DNA from: Pyrodictium delaneyi
Lineage (GTDB): Archaea > Thermoproteota > Thermoprotei_A > Sulfolobales > Pyrodictiaceae
Length of the DNA: 32,000 bases
Direction of reading: 5' to 3'
Assembly: GCF_001412615.1 (NCBI RefSeq)
Contig: NZ_CP013011.1
Span: forward strand, 660,001 to 692,000
In this document: positions 21,782 to 28,565 of the stretch, piece after piece
Layout of the letters: each line of letters starts with the position of its first letter
How positions within the stretch are numbered: position 1 is the first letter of the stretch
The notes under the pieces: generated by a model
The model's database searches: none
Told to the model about the DNA's origin: nothing
Seen by the model: the letters and a program-made list of their open reading frames with translations, nothing else
Translations under genes and position numbers: made by a program

Positions 21782-21997
21782 ATGGTGTTACTCCAGATCG
21801 CACGTAGGGAGGAACACCAGGTAGGTAAGTACCGTGTAACTCTGCTCTACGATAGTGAAGGTCGCGTAGTCGGAGCCCTCATAGAGGGGCCCCGGCTAAG
21901 CAAGCCAGTCTACATAGCTGTCCACGAGCAGACAGCACCCAAGATACCTAAGCAGGTTAAGAAGTTCCTAGCAAAGCACGGCTTCAAAGTCGCATAG
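21782..21997 (+). CDS. Small basic hypothetical protein
   Basis: 71 aa. A strong AGGAGGTGA ribosome-binding motif ends about 8 nt upstream of the ATG. Confidence 0.45.
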   Translation: MVLLQIARREEHQVGKYRVTLLYDSEGRVVGALIEGPRLSKPVYIAVHEQTAPKIPKQVKKFLAKHGFKVA

Positions 21998-22016
21998 AAC
22001 GCTCTTTCTCCGACCC

Positions 22017-23126
22017 CTACCACCCCCCGTCGGCTGAGGACCTCCCGAACACGTGACGCTCTACAAGGTCTGCAAGTTTCTCTAGAAGACCCTTATCCGG
22101 CTCCTCGACGGGAAACGCTAGTACATGCTCCTTCCCGCCAGCCGGGACACCGCTCTCCCTAAGCTCGCGAAGGACCCTCGTCAGCTGGTGGCGCATGCTA
22201 CGTGCGTAGACAAAGCCTCTCTTGCGGCCCGGGGCCCAGTGTAGCAGAAGCACCACGCTATCAGAATGCATAGCTGCAAGCTTTCTACCAACATAGGATG
22301 TCACGTGGGCGTCGGACTCGACATAGTATGCTATTATGCCGTGGCGCTGGAACAGGTACCGAACCCTATCCATAGCAGTTCTCAGTGCCTTTGCAGCCTC
22401 CTCTGCGGCCCGGCTCAACCGGTTGTCGTCGAGTACGTCGCGGGGTCCACTAGCCCAGCCCAGTAGCTGGGCAGCATGCACTATACACTCCTCGTCGAGA
22501 AGCCGGTAGCAAGAGTCAACAAGCTCAACAACCTTCGCGATATCGCGTAGACTATAGCCGCTCTTCCCTGCAAGCCTCGCGGCAGTGCCGTAAGCCCTAG
22601 GTCTAGCCTCGATTACGGGTCCAAGGTCGCCGACTATCCCCACGGCTGCTAGCCAGCTGCACCTCCGCGCGTCGCATGCCTCGCCGACGCCCGGAATACT
22701 GTAGACCAGGAAGGATGTAGCCGGCCAGTCCTCCTCGCCCCCAAGGCTCTGCGCCACGGGGTTCACGTAGTGGAGAACTCCCCTCCCCCCACCCCGGGGA
22801 GGCTCGACCAAGTGGTGATCGAGGACTGCGACACTCCTAGGAGCCACTATATCGGACAAATCCTCGTAAGCGGTGCCGGGAAGCCCATAGTCGAGCACTG
22901 TCAGGACACTAGCTCTGCTCTCCGATATACGGCGCCAGGGAAGAGCCTCAAGAGAGTAGACACCCACCCTAGGCGGATAGAAACCTACAATGCGCTCACC
23001 AAGCATCTTTAACAGGATGGCGGCAGATGCTATACCGTCGGCATCCCAGTGGAACACGGCAAACACACTACCAGTAGTCAGGCTATTCCACAGACTCTCC
23101 ATAGACAACCATATCTCGTTGCCCAT
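22017..23126 (-). CDS. DHH family phosphoesterase (RecJ-like)
   Basis: HWDADGIASAA (motif I) and AVLDHH (motif III). Confidence 0.65.
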   Translation of the reverse strand: MGNEIWLSMESLWNSLTTGSVFAVFHWDADGIASAAILLKMLGERIVGFYPPRVGVYSLEALPWRRISESRASVLTVLDYGLPGTAYEDLSDIVAPRSVAVLDHHLVEPPRGGGRGVLHYVNPVAQSLGGEEDWPATSFLVYSIPGVGEACDARRCSWLAAVGIVGDLGPVIEARPRAYGTAARLAGKSGYSLRDIAKVVELVDSCYRLLDEECIVHAAQLLGWASGPRDVLDDNRLSRAAEEAAKALRTAMDRVRYLFQRHGIIAYYVESDAHVTSYVGRKLAAMHSDSVVLLLHWAPGRKRGFVYARSMRHQLTRVLRELRESGVPAGGKEHVLAFPVEEPDKGLLEKLADLVERHVFGRSSADGGW

Positions 23127-23298
23127 GGTTGCACCAGCTGACTAGCCGCGGGTACAATCCGAGATAGATGCAATACTCCGGCTGAATATAACACTAATGC
23201 CTTCCGGGAGAGGGGAGAAAAGTGGGTACACAGGGCAGAAACAACTGCCAGCCACTCTGCTGACCCACAGACACCCTCAGGGAGGAGGGAGGCACACA

Positions 23299-23580
23299 GT
23301 GCCCCGGGTGAAAGTCAAGCTATTTGCCATATACTACGAGGCCGCAGGTACACGCGAGCTAGAGGTAGACCTCCCAGAAGGCGCCACCGTGCTAGACCTG
23401 GCAAAACTGCTTGAAGAAAAATTCCCCAAGCTCCGCGGCGAACTAGTAGAAGACGGCCGCATAAGCGAAGAGGCACGTGTACTAATCAACGGTAGAAACA
23501 TAGAATGGCTAGAAAAGGAAAAGACGAAGCTACACGACGGCGACGTAGTAGCCTTCTTCCCGCCAGCCGCCGGAGGCTAA
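23299..23580 (+). CDS. MoaD/ThiS-type ubiquitin-like sulfur carrier
   Basis: VKVKLFAIYYEAAG...VLINGRNIE...GDVVAFFPPAAGG ends in a di-glycine. GTG starts at 23299 or 23308 follow a GGAGGAGGGAGG stretch. The longest ORF from 23197 is unlikely. Confidence 0.7.
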   Translation: MPRVKVKLFAIYYEAAGTRELEVDLPEGATVLDLAKLLEEKFPKLRGELVEDGRISEEARVLINGRNIEWLEKEKTKLHDGDVVAFFPPAAGG

Positions 23581-23656
23581 CAAGCCTACACGCTATAAGG
23601 CTTAAAGCCCCCCAGACAAAGAACAACCAGAGCTAATGGAGGCCCAAAGAAGGGCT

Positions 23657-23734
23657 GGGCCCGTCGTCTAGCCTGGTTAGGACGCCGCCCTCACACGGCG
23701 GAGGTCCGGGGTTCAAATCCCCGCGGGCCCACCA
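23657..23734 (+). tRNA. tRNA-Val (anticodon CAC), with genomically encoded CCA
   Basis: Hand-folded cloverleaf. Acceptor GGGCCCG/CGGGCCC, D-stem GTCT/GGAC, anticodon stem CCGCC/GGCGG with loop CTCACAC, T-arm CGGGG-TTCAAAT-CCCCG, discriminator A at 23731, then CCA. Confidence 0.92.
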
Positions 23735-23777
23735 TTCTCCGCACTCCTTCGCGCTTACAGGAACAGGTTTGGGGAAC

Positions 23778-24236
23778 ATGGCTGCCGAGACTCAAAAAGT
23801 GATACGGCGCCCCACAGAAGCACCGGGGGCGCCGGAAGTGAGCGCCAGCATAGCGAGAGCAGTCGACAGTATCCTGGATATTCTACGCGATATCCCCCCA
23901 GCCTACAGGCTACAAGTACTCCGCATAGCCGAGAGCAAGATACGACCAAGCATTATAGAGAGCGGCGAGCTTGTAAGGAAGGTATCAAAAGGCGGGAGGG
24001 CCAGTTACTTTGTAACACTCCCGAACAACTATACTGAGCTTGTTGGGGAATACGCTATACAAATCAAAGGTAAAAAACTGATCTATATCCCTGTAGAGAA
24101 GGGGGTGGCACGTCTCCGTACATACGGCGGCCGGCTCCGCCTAACCATACCCAAGGGCGCATTTGAGGCTATTGGTTCTCCTAGCTACGTCCGTGTCCGG
24201 GTTGAGGATGGCAGGATCGTGGTGGAGCCCGCCTAA
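23778..24236 (+). CDS. Tandem AbrB/SpoVT-like (swapped-hairpin) DNA-binding protein
   Basis: Two AbrB-like units: KGGRASYFVTLPNNYTELVGEYAIQIKGKKLIYIP and GGRLRLTIPKGAFEAIGSPSYVRVRVEDGRIVVEP. The ATG at 23778 is only 44 nt after the tRNA. Confidence 0.55.
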   Translation: MAAETQKVIRRPTEAPGAPEVSASIARAVDSILDILRDIPPAYRLQVLRIAESKIRPSIIESGELVRKVSKGGRASYFVTLPNNYTELVGEYAIQIKGKKLIYIPVEKGVARLRTYGGRLRLTIPKGAFEAIGSPSYVRVRVEDGRIVVEPA

Positions 24237-24254
24237 AGGGCGGGGTGTGTTTTT
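24228..24254 (+). terminator. Hairpin plus T-run overlapping the stop codon of the AbrB-like gene
   Basis: CCCGCC (24228-24233) / GGCGGG (24239-24244) with loop TAAAG, followed by TTTTT at 24250-24254. Confidence 0.3.
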
Positions 24255-24552
24255 GCAACGTAGGAGCTTGTATGCTATCGTGTTTTCTGTGATGCTTCTC
24301 GGCCTCCTCTCGTTGTCTTATGTTCTTTATGCATGGCTTGGGTTTGACTGGCTCTACCTGCTTGTGTTCGGTATCGTGCTGGCTGGAGTCGTGTTGTTGC
24401 GGCCTTTCCAGCTCCTCTTCATGATGCCCGAGCTGGCCGAGAGACTAGCCCCAAGGAGCCCGAGACGAAAAAGAAGCCCATTGAGTACATGGAGCGTCGC
24501 GTCAAGAAGTTCCCCAAGTGCTTCCACGGGCGAGAGCACGGCTTCAAGGTGA
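24247..24552 (+). CDS. Small two-TM membrane protein; C-terminal part probably read in the wrong frame (see findings)
   Basis: Hydrophobic core LLGLLSLSYVLYAWLGFDWLYLLVFGIVLAGVVLL. The start is ambiguous (GTG 24247 to ATG 24292). The tail is RSP-rich, as expected from out-of-frame reading. Confidence 0.35.
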   Translation: MFLQRRSLYAIVFSVMLLGLLSLSYVLYAWLGFDWLYLLVFGIVLAGVVLLRPFQLLFMMPELAERLAPRSPRRKRSPLSTWSVASRSSPSASTGESTASR

Positions 24553-24559
24553 AGAGGGA

Positions 24560-25417
24560 GTGAACGTCAGCCTGCCCGTTGTTATCGCAGCGTTCTTCGA
24601 GTTTTTCCGCCGGATACCGGCGGAAGACTTCGCAAAGGCTAGGAACGAGATAGAGGAGCTCAGAAAGAGCCACGAGAGGCTGGTCGGCAAGACTGCCATG
24701 CTGCTGGCAGCTGAGAGTCTTCTCGACCACATGCTGAGAGAGACTGAGAGAAACATGGGCACCCTCGGCGAGGCACTAGCCGATGTTCTAGTCCACCTCA
24801 AGACCCGGTTATCGAGGATGCCAGACAGCCAGCTCAGAAGAGAAGTAGTACGAGTCACGAACCAGATACTGGGGAATATGGCTGCCTCGCTCCGGGAAGA
24901 GCTAGGCTACATAAAGGACGACTTAGCGAGCGCGGGTCAGAGTAGTGCTGCCGCACAGCTTGTTGAGGAGGTTCTCGCACAGCCCCATGTGCTTGAGGAG
25001 CTACATAAGAGGCTAGGTAGTCTGGAGCGGTGTAGAAGCAGCCTAGACCTCCTAGAGGCTGCGCTCCTAGAGGCACAGAGAAGGGAGGAAAAACTCTGGG
25101 AAGAATACAAACACAACATGCCCCTGGGGGCTTTTCTGCTGGTGCTCAGCATAGCCGCAGCGGGTATATTGAAGCACGGAGTCCCGCTGGAGCAGCACGC
25201 CCTACTAGCAGCCTATATAGCGTCCCTAGCCCTCTACACGTTCTCAAACTACCTCCTCTACCGTGGTGCCTCTAGGCTCCTAGACTATGCTGTCCTGAGG
25301 CGCTGGTTTAGCGAATTTAGGCAGCTAGTGGCTAGATTCAGAAAACAGGGCCCCGGGGTAGATTGCGACAAGCTATTCGGGGAGGCGGTAGGTTCTTGGA
25401 AGAAGCTGGTGGGCTGA
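24560..25417 (+). CDS. Coiled-coil protein with two C-terminal TM helices (hypothetical)
   Basis: Long heptad-like helical region, then LGAFLLVLSIAAAGIL and LLAAYIASLALYTFSNYLL. The preferred start is GTG 24560, after GAAGAGGGAG and overlapping an upstream TGA. The longest ORF starts at 24518. Confidence 0.5.
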   Translation: MNVSLPVVIAAFFEFFRRIPAEDFAKARNEIEELRKSHERLVGKTAMLLAAESLLDHMLRETERNMGTLGEALADVLVHLKTRLSRMPDSQLRREVVRVTNQILGNMAASLREELGYIKDDLASAGQSSAAAQLVEEVLAQPHVLEELHKRLGSLERCRSSLDLLEAALLEAQRREEKLWEEYKHNMPLGAFLLVLSIAAAGILKHGVPLEQHALLAAYIASLALYTFSNYLLYRGASRLLDYAVLRRWFSEFRQLVARFRKQGPGVDCDKLFGEAVGSWKKLVG

Positions 25418-25425
25418 AGAAGCTT

Positions 25426-25833
25426 ATGGTGCTAGCACTCCTAGGTAACGGCCCTGTGCAGGGCCGGACTCGCATGATGAAGCTATTGTTCCTAGCCCAG
25501 GATAGGGCTAGGAAGCGAGGCATAGAGCTCGACGGGGGCTTTGAGTTCATACCCTACCGCTTTGGGCCGTGGAGCTACGAGGTGCTAATGGTCCTAGAGG
25601 AGCTGCAGCAGGAGGGACTCGTGGTGGAGGAGGTGGAGGAGACCAGCTACGGGCCCCGGTTCAGGTACTTCCTCACCAGGAGGGGACGGGAAGAGGCTGA
25701 GAAGGCCCGCCAGAAGCTACCCCCAGAGATAGTCGAGGAGCTGGACCGCGTCTACCGCGAATGGGCCCAGCGGAGGCTCATCGAGCTGATAGCCTACATC
25801 TACAAGAAGTACCCCGACTATGCCCCCGCATAG
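25426..25833 (+). CDS. Panacea (DUF4065)-like domain protein with wHTH-like middle segment (tentative)
   Basis: MKLLFLAQ...FEFIPYRFGPWSYEVLMVLEEL resembles the DUF4065 core (KLLYxAq ... GPv...vy). The ATG at 25426 is 8 nt after the upstream stop. Confidence 0.4.
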   Translation: MVLALLGNGPVQGRTRMMKLLFLAQDRARKRGIELDGGFEFIPYRFGPWSYEVLMVLEELQQEGLVVEEVEETSYGPRFRYFLTRRGREEAEKARQKLPPEIVEELDRVYREWAQRRLIELIAYIYKKYPDYAPA

Positions 25834-25951
25834 CCTCCTTCCCCCTACAACAATCGAGAAGCCACGTCCTGTACATGCCGATTCTATGCTGGAGTTAGAC
25901 CAAGGCCAGAACCCGCCATGTAGGAGCAGCCCATAGTCTCCCGGGGCAAGC

Positions 25952-25975
25952 TATAAATCGGACAACCGGTTGTCC
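25952..25975 (+). promoter_or_regulatory. TATA box (TATAAAT, 25952-25958) immediately followed by a perfect 16-bp palindromic operator candidate (GGACAACCGGTTGTCC, 25960-25975)
   Basis: Read directly from the sequence. The GTG at 25981 lies about 25 nt downstream of the TATA centre, which fits a leaderless first gene. Confidence 0.5.
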
Positions 25976-25980
25976 AATTT

Positions 25981-26349
25981 GTGGGCCGCCCGGGGGCGCT
26001 TGTGGCCCCGCGGGGGCCCGGAGGCCCGGGTATGACCAGTACGGCGGCTCTTCGGGTTCGGGTAGGTAGGGACACGGTATCTCCAGATATTGTTTTTCCT
26101 GTGGAGCAGCTCGAGGCTCGTATCCGTTTCCTGAAGAACCGTGTCGCGTGGCTTGCCTACCGCAGTCGCGACAGCCGCGTGGTTCGTGCTGCCTCCGATC
26201 TTCTTGTCCGCTTGACGGACTTACTCGAAGACCTCGAGGAGGGTGTCCCTGCTTCTGAGCTCCTCCACAGTCTACGTCTCCTAGAGGAGGATGTTCGCTC
26301 CCTTCTCCGTAGCCCGGAGTCCTATGCTTCTTCCGATGGTTCTCCGTAG
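25981..26349 (+). CDS. Hypothetical acidic helical protein, first gene of the operon
   Basis: ORF in the operon frame pattern. Alternative ATG at 26032. No motif recognised. Confidence 0.45.
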   Translation: MGRPGALVAPRGPGGPGMTSTAALRVRVGRDTVSPDIVFPVEQLEARIRFLKNRVAWLAYRSRDSRVVRAASDLLVRLTDLLEDLEEGVPASELLHSLRLLEEDVRSLLRSPESYASSDGSP

Positions 26350-26355
26350 GGGTGG

Positions 26356-26841
26356 TTGGGTGTGGCTCGGGCCGGTGTTGTGTCTCTGAGTGTGGAGGCT
26401 GGGGTTGCTGCCCGGGTTCTGGCGGAGAATGGTGTGCAGTTCTTCACGGTGAGGCGGCTTGCCCGTATGCTCGGCGTGTCGCCGTGGAAGGCTAGCGCCA
26501 TTGTCCGGGAGATGAGGAGGCTGGGGCTGGCGAGGGAGTGGAACAGTAACAGCTACGTGCTGACAATCCCGGTTCCCCGGCGCAGCAGCGGCCAGGAGCC
26601 CAGCCGGGGCGATGAGCCGGCGGAGCCTCCCAGGCGCGGAGAGGGGCCGCTCACTGGGCTACGGGTGGTCACCTTCAAGCTCGATGCGCGCCTTCTGGCA
26701 GCCCTCGACAACGCCGTGGCCATGCTGGGCTACGACTCCCGCAGCGAGATCATCCGCGAAGCGCTCCGCGAGTTCCTCGAGCGCCGCGGCCTCCTCCCAC
26801 CGCGGGAGGAGTCTAGCGGCGACAGCAGAGCGGAGGCCTAG
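26356..26841 (+). CDS. DNA-binding protein: N-terminal wHTH plus C-terminal ribbon-helix-helix
   Basis: FTVRRLARMLGVSPWKASAIVREMRRLGL (wHTH). VVTFKLDARLLAALDNAVAMLGYDSRSEIIREALREFLER (RHH). Confidence 0.6.
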   Translation: MGVARAGVVSLSVEAGVAARVLAENGVQFFTVRRLARMLGVSPWKASAIVREMRRLGLAREWNSNSYVLTIPVPRRSSGQEPSRGDEPAEPPRRGEGPLTGLRVVTFKLDARLLAALDNAVAMLGYDSRSEIIREALREFLERRGLLPPREESSGDSRAEA

Positions 26842-26845
26842 CGCC

Positions 26846-27109
26846 GTGGCGCTGTTCAGGGTCGGCCCCTGTGTCCTCCAGGTCATACTGACCGACTGCT
26901 ATGGGCACCCAGTACCCGACCTTGAGCAGGTGATGGAGGACTTGGTTCTGCTTGGTGCAGTGCCTCGGGGGCTCCGGGACTGCGACGCCATGGCCATCCT
27001 CACGCGGCGGGCGGTGGAGGAGGCTACGGGCTGCGAGGCCCGCGTCGAGCCCTTCCCGTGGGCTATGGGGCCGGAGATGCACAGGATCATGGCTCTGCGG
27101 CTGGGGTGA
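26846..27109 (+). CDS. Hypothetical protein
   Basis: GTG at 26846 is in frame with the 26612..27109 ORF, 4 nt after the upstream stop and preceded by GGAGG. The longer 26612 start would overlap the RHH gene. Confidence 0.4.
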   Translation: MALFRVGPCVLQVILTDCYGHPVPDLEQVMEDLVLLGAVPRGLRDCDAMAILTRRAVEEATGCEARVEPFPWAMGPEMHRIMALRLG

Positions 27110-27115
27110 CCGGGT

Positions 27116-27313
27116 GTGAGGGTGACGGTTGACCCCAAGAAGATCGCGCAAGTGCTGAGAAGGCTCGGCGTCGTATACGTCAGCCCCCATGACCTAACAG
27201 CAATGCTAGGAATCCCGTCGAGAAGCGCCGGCAGACTGTTGAAGGCCATGGAGAAGCAGGGGCTGGCTATACGCTACTCCAAGAACTTCTACAAGATACT
27301 AGCGAGGGGGTGA
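27116..27313 (+). CDS. Small wHTH protein
   Basis: 65 aa. VSPHDLTAMLGIPSRSAGRLLKAMEKQGLAIRY. GGGGTGA motif upstream. Confidence 0.5.
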   Translation: MRVTVDPKKIAQVLRRLGVVYVSPHDLTAMLGIPSRSAGRLLKAMEKQGLAIRYSKNFYKILARG

Positions 27314-27317
27314 CATA

Positions 27318-27971
27318 GTGGCTACGACCGTGAGGCGCGGCTACAGGTACGTGGTCCGGAAGGAGAACGGGACATGGCCCCCGAGGCATCATAACGGCTT
27401 GGACCCGGGGCTGGTGGGCCCCAGGGCCTTCGAGCACCCGGCTGTAAAGGAGTGGTGGATGTGGCTCCTCCGGGAGTACAGGCCCCGGGCTAGCGTGGCG
27501 CTTGTTACGCCCTGCTCTAGCGTGAAGCCCTACACGAGGAGCCCCACGTCGCGGAAGATACGGGGGCTGCTCCGCCGCCTCGGGCTCTGGAGCGCGGGGG
27601 AGAACCGGCCCAGGGGCATCGAGTGGCTCTACCTCAGCGACCTGCTCCTCCTGGTGCCGTACGAGCGGGCCGAGGAGTACCCAGCCTGCTGCTACGAGCT
27701 CCACCCCGACGAGGTCCTCCAGCGCCCCCTCCTACGCAGCATGGTATCCGGGATGCTAGCAGAGGCCATAGAGAGGCTCATGGACCGGGGCCTCGAGCGC
27801 GCCGTGGTCTTCCTCCCGAGGAAGCACCTAAGGCTCTGGAACGAGGCCAAGAAGCGGGCGGCAAGGTGGCCAAGCGAGACAGTAACCAGGTACACGATAT
27901 TCGGCTTCGACGGGCTCCCCGACGCGCTCAACGCTCTCCGCAGGGTGCCGGAGCTACAGGAGCTCCTGTAG
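27318..27971 (+). CDS. DUF5591 / ArcS C1-domain-like protein (putative 7-deazaguanine-modifying enzyme)
   Basis: VALVTPCSSVKPYTRSPTS fits the ArcS-type PC-x3-KPY-x2-S motif, but the final His of the recalled motif is Ser here. GGGGGTGA lies upstream of the GTG start. Confidence 0.5.
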   Translation: MATTVRRGYRYVVRKENGTWPPRHHNGLDPGLVGPRAFEHPAVKEWWMWLLREYRPRASVALVTPCSSVKPYTRSPTSRKIRGLLRRLGLWSAGENRPRGIEWLYLSDLLLLVPYERAEEYPACCYELHPDEVLQRPLLRSMVSGMLAEAIERLMDRGLERAVVFLPRKHLRLWNEAKKRAARWPSETVTRYTIFGFDGLPDALNALRRVPELQELL

Positions 27972-27985
27972 CGGGGTGATGGAGG

Positions 27986-28261
27986 GTGGCGGGCCACGGG
28001 GCGGTGCTAGCGGAGAAGCTCGTAGCCAGCATGGCTGGGCTGCCGGCGCCCATGGTGCTGGGCAGGCTGGTGCTAGTCCTCAGCGACGCGCTCGACGAGC
28101 TGCCCCCAGGGAAGGCCGTGGAGCTGGTAGCATGGAGCATCTGCGACGTGGAGTGCAGGAGCTGCGACTACTGCGACCCCGAGCACTGCATGGACGAGTG
28201 CACAGCGGCCAGGGCCGAGGAGCTGAGGAAGCTCCTGGAGAGGGCCGGGAGCCATGGCTGA
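27986..28261 (+). CDS. Small Cys-rich protein (6 Cys in 23 residues, includes CX3CX2C)
   Basis: WSICDVECRSCDYCDPEHCMDEC. Its 3' end overlaps the next start by 8 nt (ATGGCTGA). Confidence 0.45.
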   Translation: MAGHGAVLAEKLVASMAGLPAPMVLGRLVLVLSDALDELPPGKAVELVAWSICDVECRSCDYCDPEHCMDECTAARAEELRKLLERAGSHG

Positions 28262-28565
28262 GGCTCTAGAGCGGCTCGCGGAGGCGCTGGACCGGCATAT
28301 GCCTGTACTCCGCCACACCGTGGGCTCCCGCATAGCCGGCGACGGCTGCGAGGCGCGCGCCGTGTACGTGGCAGCGGGGCTGGTGGTGCGCGCCGAGTGC
28401 CGTTTCTTCAAGACGTGGAGGTGCCGGGTAACCGCGAGCGATGGTACACGCTGCGAGGGCGGCGCGTGCCGCGGCGAACACGCCATAGTGCTAGCCAAGG
28501 CGCTCACCGAGGCCGGTGTGCCCAACGCCTTCGGAGAGCCGGAGTGGGAGGCCGAGGAGCCATGA
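28254..28565 (+). CDS. Small Cys-containing protein (hypothetical metal-binding)
   Basis: Five Cys: GCEARAV...ECRFFKTWRCRVTASDGTRCEGGACRGEH. ATGA start/stop overlap with the next gene. Confidence 0.45.
   Translation: MAEALERLAEALDRHMPVLRHTVGSRIAGDGCEARAVYVAAGLVVRAECRFFKTWRCRVTASDGTRCEGGACRGEHAIVLAKALTEAGVPNAFGEPEWEAEEP

Noticed and set aside
26003-26030. CCCCGCGGGGGCCC resembling the tRNA-Val acceptor 3' strand (CCCCGCGGGCCC) as an internal att site
   Set aside because: It is only a 12-14-nt GC-rich near-palindrome with a 2-nt indel and no flanking tRNA similarity. It lies inside the first operon ORF.
27986-28261. Calling the CX3CX2C protein a radical-SAM enzyme (a RaSEA-like ArcS partner)
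   Set aside because: At 91 aa it cannot form a radical-SAM barrel, and no SAM-binding motifs are visible. I kept it only as a possible metal or cluster-binding subunit.
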